This document shows, one piece after another, positions 43,341 through 56,600 of a stretch of DNA of 64,000 nt. The notes beneath the pieces were generated by a model. It did not search any database. It saw nothing but the letters and a program-made list of their open reading frames with translations, and was not told where the DNA came from. The translations under genes were made by a program, and so were the position numbers. This DNA comes from the human T2T-CHM13v2.0 reference genome, Homo sapiens. The first letter of the stretch is position 1; every line of letters starts with the position of its first letter. The stretch is from NCBI RefSeq assembly GCF_009914755.1, contig NC_060939.1; one strand, given 5' to 3'.

Positions 43341-46300
43341 TTGAACTAACAAGCTGCATGCCCCACGAAGAGTGATACTTCTTCATTAGCAAGATCCATT
43401 TCACCTTTAAAAACTCTTGGTTTTCCGTTTGCATTAAGTGAGATTGAGACGTCTTGGGTCTCTCAATGACATTTAGGAATCTTCCAAGACAAAAAAGGAA
43501 GTCGTTACATCTCCAGTTCACCTGCAAAGAAGATGTCATTAAAAGAGGAAGCAAAATGAAACCCTGTCAACTTGTTAGGGCCCAAAAGGTAATTCTGCCA
43601 TCAAATATGGAGTCGGGGAATGATACAGAATCCTTTTATTACTGACACGAAAGAACCTGCTGGTGTCAAAGGTGTCTCCTGCCAGAAAAGTTCAGGTGTT
43701 GCTAAATTCATTAATGTGTCAGTTTGAAAAGATGTGGTCATTCCTGTTGTCTGTAGGGATGAAAGCTGGAATCTGCCTGCTCCTGTCAACACACTATCAT
43801 CTTAATTTCGTTTGCTCTGCACCTTATTTGCCATCTGTAAGGGGTTAAGGGCCATGGGCGATGGCTTCTTAAAAGACTACTAATATTTGACATATATCAT
43901 TTCAATCTGCCCTTTCACCACCACCCCCTACCATCAAAAAAAAAAAGTTGTTAAATAATATTACTCGTGATAGTTTGCTTGCCAGATGTTTGCTAATGAG
44001 GGTAGTAGAGAGACAGTGAATCTCTTCTGGTCTTTTATTTATTTTTATTATGTGAGATAAAAGATAAGGGTACCTAGTCTTTATAAGGCTATGTGCTTTC
44101 ATATAACCATGATACATTTTTATAGGAATTTGATGCTTAAATATTCAGACATTGGAGAGGTTCTCTCTTTCATTTAAGGATCCTTTCTTCGAATTTTATC
44201 TCAATAGGATCTTTTGAAAATGTACAGGATTTTGTAAAAGATGTCTCGATAAACAAGATCTAAATGAATGTTATACGTGTGATATGATAAAGAATGTTGA
44301 TTTGGCAACTTATAGATCAATTTGTATCGGAAAGTATTAAAGTGATTATAGTATGGAGAACAAAATATCAAATAAAATACATCACTTGCAAATAAAACAA
44401 AGCACAAGTAATATTAATGTAACACCAGAAAATATAACAGTCACTTTTCTAAAGATATGTGTTATAGATGATGGTTTTAAAGACAAACCACACTGCAATA
44501 ATTTAAATTTTTAAATTTCAAATTTGAAATATCATACTAGTGTAATCAAATTTCAGTTATTGTATGGATTATGTCAAAAAAGCTAAATCACCAATTTTTA
44601 TACCTTGGTTCAAGGCAATATTTGTTTGCTTAATGTTTTTCAAAGAATGAGGTGAAGTTTTTTGCAATTTTCTTCTAGAAACTTTCAATAATCAAATGAT
44701 AATGAGGAAATGACAAATGCCCTTTCTAGCTAAGATTACAGTCTAATAGTGATTAAAATAACTTGAGTTTTCGACCAATTTGGGTTCCTATCATTATTAT
44801 TTATTTTGCTTATATAGATGTAGAACTTAGAAAGAGTGCCATATTATGACTCTCATATTCTTGCCAACAATAAACAACATTAATTTGCATGTGGGAAAGT
44901 AATGTCGTCACTCTTTAATAAGTTTGTAGGTCCGTATTTTGGAGCCTGGCTACTCTACTTCATGTGTGTTCAGATTATATGTCTGAATTTCCCCACCTAC
45001 CTCCTCTACCCTGTCTTAGTTCTCAATCTTTCTTGCATAAAACAGAAAGTACTTTCTTAAAGTACAGAAAATAGTCTATTACAAACAGATATATTGTTGA
45101 TACTCATCAATGTTGCCTTTTCCTGATCTCTGTTTTAATTAAAAATTCAAATATTTTCCTGAAATTATCAAGCTTGCTTTAAAAGGGGACTTTTCTAGTT
45201 CTAAAATACAAGACAAAACAAAATAAAAAATTCTCTTATTTTTAAGCAACTCATTTATATGTTAACTCAGTTTGAGCATTTAAAATGACCCCAAATATGT
45301 GTAAAGCACACATATATATGACCACATTAATGATTTCCTAATCAATCAAGCAAAGCACCTTATTTTTACTTCAGCCCTGGACCAAGATGTATGTGATTTT
45401 CAGGCCCCAGTTTCAAGATTGCATCCTGAATGTTCATGCATGCACTGAGATGCTGTGTGTAGATTTTCTATGTAGGAGCGTTACAAAACTTCAGCTAAAG
45501 ATAACCACAGTGTGCAGCTCTGGTGGGAACTGGGGTGAGTGGGTCTTGCCTTCATTGATATATGGAGCACTTAACCTAGTGAGAAGCGCAGAGGTGGTTG
45601 GAGGGCCCCCCCCGATGAGTTTTTCAAGTTGATCTGGTGGTTGTATTGTCGGTCTCTCAGGATAGTATGCAGGGGGCACACATTCTGGACTTTCACTCGC
45701 AGGGAGAAAGAAAATCAATTTTCGTGCCCCAGAGATGGAATTGCTGATGCAGAAAGTCACTGAGGCATTGGAGTCTTGTAAGAAAGACTCTGAGGAAATG
45801 GCTTCGGGCTTCAAGTAAGATCTTGGACTGCATCAGAGCTCTCTGGAGATGCAGGGCAGTTCAAATATAAATAGAAAGGGTGTTTACTGGCGTTGGCCCC
45901 AAGTTGGTGTGCTTTTTGATCAAGAAAGAGAAAAAAATCAGCTGCAATTGGGGACATATCTGTGGATTAGAAAAAATAAGTATAGCTGAAATGCTTTATT
46001 CTTCACTAGAGCGTGGCCTGTGCCCCACTAAGGAAAAGTCATCCTCGGATTACCATCAGTCATTTTCCATAAGAGCTGCTGTAACTTTTTGATAAGCATC
46101 CAAGTTTGCAGATAGCACTTTTTGTCTGAAGGTAATATTTGATATTAATGATTGCTCCTAGTGATGTAATACCTTTCAACCTGAAGACTCCCAAGGCATT
46201 TTGCAGCTAAAATCATTTTGAAAATATTCTAGATTACACACTCTAATGTAGTCAGTGACTGAATGGCTGTTACTACTTGGGAAGGCAATGCATTCATTGA

Positions 46301-48839
46301 AAAGAACCATTTTAATGAAGTGATCATTTTAAGATCAAGAATGAAGGGCGCAAGAGCTTTTCATGGTAGCATTCAATGTAAACCGACACTGGCTGTGTTG
46401 CTGAATTATCTTGCCCTTTGAAAGCCCCACTATTGTTCTGAGAGCACCCATTTGTGATACAGAAAAACCAAGCGTTGCAAGGCCCAGATGAGGGTACCTG
46501 GTTGAGATCTCGATTTTGATAATTAGACTTTATTTTTTTATTCCTACAAAGCCATTAACAAATACACCATTTCACTGGCTCCCCTTCTTCAATGTAATAA
46601 AAAGCAAAATTGTTTGTGCAGTCAATAAAACTAACTGTGATGACCTCTTTGATTTTTTATTATACTTAGAATTTACAAATTCTCTCACTTATCCCATTGC
46701 TTCACATTAAGAAGGGCAACTAATGTTTAAAAATTCAGTTTTCATATTGTAGTTTAATAGTTTTAAACTATTTCTACTGTCCTAATTAGGAAGGTGCAAA
46801 TAAAACATTTTTTCTGATGGTGCAAAGAGACTTTTTTTTTTTTTTTTTGCTTCTTAAACAGGGTAGGTGAATTCACTGTGGCAGCTTTTAAACCTCTTTT
46901 TCTCTCACTGTAACAATGCTCCTGGTAGAGGGCCTGAGAAGACAGCCCTGTGGGTGCTGATATTTTTTTCATGGTAGAGAAATCTGAATTCTTGGGGGCA
47001 TCAAAGGAGTGAAGCAGGTAATATTTGATTGGCAGGACATTCTCTGATTTACACCCCTCTATCTTCTAAGCCTCATCTTCAGGCTTGTCCCCAGCAGACC
47101 ATAGGCAAGAAGCCATTCTCCAGAAAGCTGTGAGATGTTACCAGGTCTCCCCCAACCCATATTTTCTAGGAACCTTTATTGCTCACTTAATGTGAGTTGA
47201 TGGGATTGAATGCAAAAATCATTGCCCCAAATTCCTCAATGGAGAGTCATCATAGTGGCCACATCTCTGTTCTCATTCAATGGGAAGAGATGACCAGTGT
47301 CTTTGTTTATTTGTTCCTATAAAATGCAACCACTTGGCAGAATGTAGTAGGTCAGTAATGGAGTGTTTTGGTAGAATGGTGGCAGAAACCCACAGTGTTT
47401 CAAGCTGCCCTGATGCTAAAGGATGGAAAAAATAGGGCATGCACCTCAAGTGTTCATTTATTGTCAGCGCTAAGCTGTGCTTCTGACATTGGCTTTGAGA
47501 AGGAAATTATGACATTTAAAAGAATCTCCCAAGCTTTATAAAAAGCCTGTGAATATCTATAAATATTGATCCAAAATGAGTGCAATGAATAATTTATAGT
47601 GAAATATACTTTCTTTGTCTTTCAGTTTTTAAAGCAGCTTGGGTTTTTTTTCTCTAAAAAAATTACGGTTAGACAAGCATATTTTTCCTCTACGTTTTAG
47701 AGCCATTTCTTATTTTTAGAAAAAAATGTGTTATTTGCAAAGGATGTTGGAAGTTCGGGGAAAAAAAGCAACAACAATGCACACATTACCAAAATGGAAA
47801 CATATTGTAGATGTTCTAGTTTCAGGGAAAAATATAACAAGATTTTTTAAAAAGTTTACATAATTTGTTGTCATAATTTTGTTGTCTTTGGTGCATGTCC
47901 TCAATTTGCAGAATCATTTAAACATTTCTATGTTTACTTGAATAAAAATAGGAATTTCATTTGTTGGAGCTAATGATTCCAACCCAAAATATACTCTTGT
48001 GTAATCAGAGCAAAATAAACAGGTGCGTCCAGCATCACTCACCGTATGCCTGAGAACGGGCAGCCCATTTGTAAGACGAGCTAAATATTCTCCAACCTAA
48101 CCAGGAGCTGGGCTCTAATTGATTACCTTTCTGGGTCATTTTTGAAATGTCCATTAAATTTTCACAAGAGGCCAAAGTACCCCAAAGTGTCCTACTCTTT
48201 TTCCCTTTCGCTCTATGCCCCTAGACAGAAATACATAGAAATGAATGCCTCCCAGTTTTCTTGAAGAAGCCATTGGTTGTTAAGTTCATGGCTCTAAATG
48301 TGCTTAGATGAAAGGTTTTCTTGTTTTTCTTTTCCGTTCTGTTCAGGTTGCCGTATCAGATACATTGAATTTTGTTGTTGTTGCTTCAAAATCTTATCAG
48401 TTTTTTGTTTGATTCATGTAATGGAAATGAAGACAAGAAAGAAGGAATTAACTATTGAGTCTGAAAGTTGCCATTTTAAAAAACTTTGACCTTCATGTGT
48501 TTTCATACCTCATCCCAGAACTTTTGGTTCATTTACTTCCTTGGGCTCACCAGAGATCTTGCATATACCCGTGATTTGTGAAGTTTTGTTCAGAAGCACG
48601 TTGAATTCAAATATCCCATAAAATCAAGTGATTGTGCTCTGCTATTTTTCTGAAGCCTCCTTATAGGGGCTAAGTAAACTTTATTTCCTCAAAAAGAAAT
48701 CGTACATTTCTTCTATTGAATTTGATAGAGCACAAAACAGATGTGTTATGTAGTGTTTGCCTGAAATAATGAAACAGGGATTCTATTTAGATACCTCAAA
48801 ATGTGTGCTGGCGCTAAGTTCTACCTGTGTTCCAGAGAG

Positions 48840-49108
48840 AGAGTGCAATGTTATACCAGAATGTGCAAGCGTTTTGGAATCATAGCAGAAATGGATTCAA
48901 ACTCAGGTTCTGCACTGGTTGACTATGAACCCAGGCAAGTAACTTAATCTCCTTAATACTGTTTGTCTATTTGTAAAAGAATTACAGGAATAATAACGAT
49001 GATGATGATGATGATGATGATGATACCTGCCTCATAAACTTGTTCTGAATATTAAATGAGATAGCATATTTGACAAACCTAGTACTGTAAAACTGCTAAA
49101 TAAATGCC
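48840..49108 (+). mobile_element. MIR with internal (GAT)n expansion
   Basis: ttttggaatca...ggcaagtaacttaatctcct...(gat)n acctgcctcata...attaaatgagata. Confidence 0.85.
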
Positions 49109-49114
49109 TTTGGC

Positions 49115-49612
49115 TTCTCTCCCTAGCCTGGACAGTAGCCTCCTAAACATTCTCTAATAGTTCCTTCTCAAATATATATATATTTGAAAGCAATATCTCC
49201 CTGAAACAGATATCTGACTCTTAGACTCCCAGTTCCTTATAGCACACGTCTAAATACCTTAATCAATGTTTGGAGTTCCCACGACATAGCCCAGTCTTGG
49301 TGACCTGGCACATCTCCCTCTCCTTCACATACCTTGTATTGCAGTCCAATCAATGTGCTTCCTTCTAAGCCCTACTTTCTTTTTACTGCTCCAGCTCCTT
49401 GGTGAATTACCCTGATTGGGATTAATTTCTCTTTTCTCTCTAAAGCACTTTACATTCGGAACATTCTGACTTGGGGTAGGTCCCATCTCTGCCATATACT
49501 ATACTGTAAATTCCTTAGGTCCGTGGCAGAATCTCTGCCCTCTTTGTATCGAGCCAGCCAGCACTTAGCCTGTATGCCACTGCTTTTACACCATGATGTA
49601 CTCAAGCATACT
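49115..49612 (+). mobile_element. L2 3' region
   Basis: ctagcctggacagtagcctcctaa; atactgtaaattccttagg...ctttgtatc...cagcacttagc. Confidence 0.65.
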
Positions 49613-49618
49613 TTTAGG

Positions 49619-49720
49619 TAGAGTGGCCACGTAATTTATCATCTAAATTGGGACGCCTGTTCAAGAAAGATACTGGACTTAATAAATGCTAATACCACAG
49701 TCCCACAGTCCTGCTAATGG
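49619..49720. mobile_element. MER81/MER94-like hAT-Blackjack fragment
   Basis: tagagtggccacgtaatttatcatctaaattgggac resembles the tagggtgaccatataatttatc.tccaaaccgggac terminus. Confidence 0.5.
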
Positions 49721-50594
49721 CATATTAAAGAAAACCTGCTTCCCAACAGTGGGTTGAGCTTAATTCTGTGTTTGAGGATGGAATAGCCATTTTAAGTGTT
49801 AAAAAAGCTGGGTTAGTATCAACAGGATGTTCATAGCTAATTTAAATCCGAGCATATTCAGTCTAGATAGCTATAGGGAGGGGGCTGACTTAGAAAAGCG
49901 TAGGGTAACATATTTGATAAATGATTGAATTTTAGAAATAATTATAACACATGCAGAAGATACTTATAAATGCTCATTGGTCCCAGAAGGTTTCATTGTA
50001 TGACACAGCTACCACTTGGTGGATGCTTCCACACTCACTTTAACAATGTTCACAGAAGCACAGTAAGCTCTCTTTGCCCACACTACGTGAATCTTGACAA
50101 TACATTTGGAGTTGACTAATTGATGGAATGATTTGTATGTTAAGCAAAATTATGTTTGAGATCTTAGCATTAGGCTTTCTTAAAATGTGTTGTCTTCCCC
50201 ATGTTAATTCTGCATTTACTGAGAAAGAAATATTCTAACATCACGTGTTAATTCCATTATCTTTAATGAATTGATTATTTCTAAACGTGGGGAGGGAACA
50301 AATCTTACATTAAGAATCTCTGTTACTTGGATACACTCCTTGCAGAATGACAGTGTGACAATTCAACAATGCTATTTGCACCATATTTGTATAACGTCTA
50401 CACCCCATGCATGGGTGTATTGTTTGTCTGGAAAGTTTGAACATCAACCAACATTAACATTTTTTCTTAGCTGTCTGCTCTAACAGAGGCAAGCCTAAAG
50501 GACATAAATGCCACATCCCTCAGACAATTGTGTGAATAATTCTCCCTGGGTCCATTGCTTCTGGGTTTTGGCCTTGGCTCCTGGTGTTCACAGC

Positions 50595-50845
50595 ATTAAG
50601 AGGGTTAAAGGTTCTGGCATGGTGAATTTATTGTTGACATCTCACAGTCCTTAAAGGCAGGATCACTAATGGGTGACCTTGGGGTTCGACCGTTCCAGAC
50701 CCAAGAAGATCAAGTCTCACCCCCCTCCTGCAAGTGCGATGACCCCTCTATTCTCACTCTCCCTGGCCTAACCTTTAACTCACTGATCTTTGACCAAAGT
50801 ATTAAACAAACACCTGCTTGGGTCTGTGGTCAAAGACTGTGGACT
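50595..50845. promoter_or_regulatory. Candidate nuclear-receptor/FOX enhancer
   Basis: Four DR1-like sites, an NR5A site tgaccttgg and a FOX site taaacaaaca. Confidence 0.4.
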
Positions 50846-52084
50846 TGAAGATCTACCATCATTTCATGTGAATAAGCTGTGGTAATAATAATGAAATATA
50901 GAGCAGATCTCTGGACACGCTTACAGTAAGTAATTATATTGTTACTGACCACATACAACATAGATTTTCTAACAACCCATGTATATGGTGAATCAATGTT
51001 AATCAAGCTGACCAGAGTATTCATGGGTTGTCAGTGGATACACCAAGGCTTCTATTATTTGCATTAACACCTGACAATAGTGCAGCAATGTTTATTCCCT
51101 GTTACTAAAAGAGACCGAACCTAAAATTAAGTTTAGAATACCTTAGATTTGCTATTGACAGTAAGTAATGCAAAATGCATTGATGCTTAACAGAGGTACC
51201 GAGGATCATTGAAATGATTAGATGAAAAGAATATTTGGTGAAATCAAGTGACATAAATTTTGTGCTTTGTGGGAAAGAGGGAGAAATGGTACATTGACAG
51301 TGTACTCTGAATACTTAAATTAAAAAAAATCAGACTTCTTTTTGTTGCTCTAAATTGTTTCACTGATGCTTTGTAAAAACAGCCTCACTTGATATGGTGA
51401 AACCTCCTAAAATATAAAATCACACCAGGAAAAGTTTTTACAAAAGACTAGGGGAGTCTCTCACTATGAATAGTAAAGTGTTATTCAAAAAAGACCTACT
51501 TTGCTGTTTTTCATTAGTCTAGTGTAAATTGTTAGGGCTCATCTTTATAAATCAAAATCAAATTAGATACATTTAATAAACCAATTACACCAAAGAGTTA
51601 AGATTTAACGACTACTTTATCTAAATATTTTATAAATAAATGACATATTTCTGTCGCATAACCTTTACTCTACTTAGAAAGCTTTAATGAATTTACAGTT
51701 CTGTTTTAGCAAGTGAATAATACACTCCCGCTTTCTGAGAGCACCGACTTCACAAATGCTCAACACCAAAATGAAATTGTATGATATACAGAAGAAACTT
51801 CATACTTCATTACATATCTGCAGCCTTTTTCATGATACTATAATGTTCACAACTTTGAATGAAATAATTAATAGCACTGCAGAATACCACGCCATCAAAT
51901 CCAGATTTTTTTCTCTACGCTAAAATTGATAGTGCTTTTATTGGTATATATAGAACTCTATTTTTTCTTATTTCCCCTTTCATTTGGGGAGAGTTGCTTA
52001 CTTTTTTTTCTGATCTTAAGTAGGTCTCATAAAGTAGAGCCAATATTACCACCCCCCACTCTTATCCATACTCTACTCTTTTAT

Positions 52085-53096
52085 ATGCCTTTATTGTAGT
52101 TTTATTTATTCATATATATTTCGGATGCCTACTCAGTGCTGGGCACTATGCTAAGTGACTGGAAAAGGTGAAGATAAGTGAAGCTTCATTTTTGCATTTC
52201 TATGAGTTTTGGACAAGGAAACCCCCACATTTCATTAAGGGAGACACTTTTTATTAACTACATTTCTTCTATAAACCCAGACATCAAAATAACGTGGAAA
52301 GACACTTAACCACACATTATTGAGTAAGAAATACCTATTTTTATAATTTACATACACTTCTATTGTAGTTTTATTTATTCATATATATTTAGATGCCTGC
52401 TCAGTGACAGGCACTATGGTAAGTGGTTGGAGAAGGGTGGAAACTATTTGCAACTCCCATTCACAGACTAGGAAACTTCAGTTTCCCAATGTTAATCATG
52501 TATGTTTAAGCGTCTGTCCAGATTAGGAAACTTCAGTTTCCCAATGTTAATCATGTAGGTTAAGTATCTGTCCAGACTAGGAAACTTCAGTTTCCTAGTT
52601 ACCCATCTAGTAACTGGTGGAGCTGAGATTTAAATTCAGACAATCTGACCCTAAAGCTTTTCTTGTAACCACTATTTCAACTACCTCGCAACCTGAGCAA
52701 TAAATCCATTTAGAAGGCCATGCACCTTGGTTTCTACCTCTCCCATGCTGCCTTGTTTGACATTGCCATAGATTCAGCTGGGCTTATGTCAGTTTCCTCT
52801 GTAATTTCCTGAGATGAAAAACTAAGCTTCACTTATCTTCACTTTCCCCAACCACTTAGCATAGTGCCTGGCACGGAGCAGGCATCTAAAATATATATTA
52901 ATAAATAAAACTAAAACAAAAGTATATATAAATTGTAAAAATAGATATTTCTGTCCCAATGTTAATCATTTATGGTTAAGTATCTGTCCACATTATTTTG
53001 ACATCTGGGTTTATAGAAGAAATTTAGTTAATAAAATGTCTCTCCCTTAATGAAACATCAGGGCTTCCTTGATCAAAACTCACAGAAATGCAAAAT
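52085..53096. repeat. Local inverted duplications plus chimeric tandem repeat around an L2 3' end and a MIR
   Basis: 52188-52439 is the reverse complement of ~52839-53096; 52091-52186 is the reverse complement of ~52824-52920; 55/54-bp units at 52464-52595. Confidence 0.92.
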
Positions 53097-55699
53097 CTCG
53101 GTCTTGATTAATTTGGGCAGATCCTTTGGGCATGTGTGTGTTTTCTCTTCTGGCAAAGATATTGTCTAACACAACCTGGATAAAGATGTTTCTATGGATC
53201 TTTCTGCTTTTGAATTACATGGCCTGAAAATGAAGTAATCTGAAAGCTAGGAGTTCTCATGCATAAAACATAAATGCCAAATAAGTTAACTTGCTTAATT
53301 AAAAAGAGAATGCACGTGGGTGTGATTAGATGGCCCAGCTAAGAATGGTTTTCTAATACATTTTAAGAAAACTCTTGGAACACAGTTTCACCTTTCTCAC
53401 TTTATTTCATAAGCTCAACCGAGTTTCACGATAAAAAATAATTGACATGGGAATTATTGAAGGCTTGAGCAAGAGGAGAAAAATAGGGAGACCAAGAAAA
53501 AGTCATATCCATGCATTTCCCTTTGTTGAAGGTGGTAGTTAAACCACGGTGTCTGTTTCATCACAGCAACTTATTGTAAACCCATGGCTGGCAAAATCGA
53601 GACCCTGAAGAGGGACCTTTGAGTTACGTGCTGAAGTACTTGTTCTTAAACTCTGCCATGTTTCCCTCCATGAGAAAAATTTCATAAAGCAAATTTCTAC
53701 ACCAGGATTATGTAGTGATTCCTGTTTTCCCCAAATGTGTTGATTAGCAAAATGATAAGCTACTTTAAAAAAAAACAAAGTAAATGAAATTGTCTGCCAC
53801 CATCACCATAGCAGGAGCCTGAACAATCTTTAGCTCAATTTCATCATGGTTAGACAGAAATACATGACTTCTTCTCTGGAAGGAAAGGACTTTAGCTATA
53901 GAATTATGGATGGGAGAAAGAATATAGAGAGTCATTGTTTATCACAAGTGGCTTTGGAAGCACAAAGCATTCTGAATTTTCAAATTAGAAATTATTAAAA
54001 GAAACCAAAAATGAAAAGCTTTCTTGATGGCTATTTATGTGTATGCCTATGTAGACATACACGTGCAAATCTTTTAAAGAATTGTAGCATAGAGTTTTCA
54101 AAGAGAAATTCAAAGGTATATGAGTGATACGAAAAGAGCATTCCTGAATGAAAAATGTGCATCAGTCAAAAGCATCAATAAATATGTCTTTTTCATATGC
54201 AAATGACAATTTCTAACGTAGAGGAGGCATTGTTTTATAAATAGTGAGATAATATTCTTGAAAAAGGTTACCAGTGATTATATAAGTTATCTCTTTCATA
54301 AAGAAATTTAGAGCTCACAGTTGCTCTTTTCATTAAAATGGGCTTCACATCCAGACTCATGCTGAAAGCCAAACTCTGAATTTTAATTAGAGATAATAAA
54401 TAATTACATCACTTAGGAAACTGAAACTATTAAAGGCTGCTAATACCAACTACTGTATTTGAAGGGTGGGTAGCGATATACAAATCACATTAAAGGCAGT
54501 AAGTGGTAGGTGGAAAATTGGCTATAAATGTGGATAAATTCTAAAGCTAACCAGATAAAAAAGGAAACATGCATTGGGCCAGTTATTATCTTCGGTCCAT
54601 GAGAGCTGAACTCCTTACTTTGAGATGATTATAACATTCTCCATTCCCCAAATAAGGTGAATACTGTTTTTATTCTTGATAAGGGGAAGGAAGAGAGGGC
54701 AGGGTGAGCTGTAATTCATATTTCCTCCAATGAGAAAAACAAACTTTTTTTTTCTTCCTCTTCTTTCTGTCTCTCCACCTCCCGCCCCTGTTTTTTTCTA
54801 AAGAAGGCACATTGACATTTCCAGAGAAATTACTACCCCAGAGTCAAGGGCAGAAAAAAATGCAGAGACAGACTTCCCCAACCTACACAGCCCAGAGGGA
54901 CCAGCTGACGCGTAGAAAGCAGAGACTCAAGCCATTAGAGCCGGGACTGGGGCTGACACTGACCTGAGCCGCCACCCGGCATTGTCCCACCATCTGCACA
55001 AATGTGAACTTTGCCTTCAAAACTTGGCTTCTCAATTAACATGTCCAGCTGGGGGAGAATTCCATCATTTCCCTAATATCCTTATTGCTACTGGCCTGAC
55101 ATATTAATATTAAAAATATATGTGCACAGATCAAGGATTTTCTTAAGCACTTCTGTTTTTATTGCAGATAATAGGCAGGAGGTGAAAGCAGACACAATAT
55201 AATTTGAAAAGCATAACCCTGATTAGGCACTGATTGGAACGCTGTTATACCTTACATTTAAAACCTTTTTATTATTAGAACTAGCTGTCAAAACCAGGCA
55301 CTGAATCTCCCATGAAATAGACGCAAGGGCATGTGATGCTTCCCTACTTCAGTGCAAATAAATTTATAGTTCAAAGTGCCATTTTCTTTGAATATGTCCT
55401 TAAGTATCAGAGAACTGTCATGTGCATGGCTGAGGTGTTTGTAAAGATGTGTCGTCTGGCTTTAATTTGTTCTCTTTTAATAGAGGCTCATCATCATTCT
55501 CAGTTATTGTTCATTTTAATGTGTTGTACAGTGACATGGTAAAGAAATAAAACCCTAGCACCACTATTTGATGAAAAATGGACAATATTTGTGAGGGTAG
55601 AGAGGTGGAGAAGCTATTAACCCTAATCTTAGGAAATAAGATCATGAAAGGAATGGAGGCTTTCATATAATCTCAAAGTTAGCAGGAGTCGTCGAAAGT

Positions 55700-55940
55700 C
55701 TCTTGGATAAATGTTTAGTTTCTGTAGTCCTACTTTCTGGGTTTAAATCTGAACTCTTCTCAATTCGGTATGATCTTGAGCAAATCATTTAATCCTTTCA
55801 GCTGTATGTTTTCTCAAAAGGGGTACTGTTCCCACCCCAGGGTGTCTTTGGGAAGATTCACTGAGAAGATGCATGGAAAGTGTTCCGAAGGATACGTGGC
55901 AAATAGTAGCCACTCAGACACTCTCGCTATCATTTTGTCA
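55700..55940 (+). mobile_element. MIR
   Basis: ctgggtttaaatctgaactc...atgatcttgagcaaatcatttaatc...gtggcaaatagtagccactca. Confidence 0.75.
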
Positions 55941-56359
55941 TGTAGCTGCATTCTAACAAATCACTAAGTGATTTTCAAAGCCTCTGCTTGCAATACATGT
56001 CATGACAAGGCCCCCTCCCAGCTCCTCTGGCCAACATTTGGCACAGTCTTCCCAGCTGGAAGCCTCCTTGTAGTATTCTTACATGTCTCACGTCTATTTC
56101 CCCCTTTCACCTCATTCTGTCCCGTATATCACAGAGAACCAAGCTAAGGCTGCTCCTGCCCCACTCCCCTTAAAGCATTCACTGATGGTTACCCAATCTG
56201 CTCCTTTCAATACTCTCTTCTTTAGGCCAGTTTCCCAGATTCCTCAGTTTCTCATATCACCTGGATTCAAGTCTCCCACCATTCAGAACTGCCCAGTCCA
56301 ACCTTGCTCTTCAGTGTCCCAGATTGTTCTACAAACTGAGCTGCCTTTAGCAGAAGCGC

Positions 56360-56600
56360 CTGGACCATGGAGTGGTGATGGCTGGGCCTTTGCAGCCAGT
56401 TAGAGCTGGGCTCAAGTCTGGTCTCTACCACTTCGTCTGTGTGACTTAGGCACAGGGGTTGACTTTCTGAGCTTCAGTTTCATTATCTATATAAAGTGAG
56501 AATTAGGTTCCTGCCCTTGCTGTCTTGCCAGGAGGATGGAAGATGGAATACCCAAGAAAGGCAGAGGAGATCAACTCATGAGAGCTATTTCTCAGAGTCA
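56360..56600 (+). mobile_element. MIR
   Basis: gagctgggctcaagtctggtctctaccactt..ctgtgtgacttaggca...tctgagcttcagtttcattatctat. Confidence 0.8.

Noticed and set aside
45661-45814. Possible + strand exon
   Set aside because: Weak pyrimidine tract and stops in all frames.
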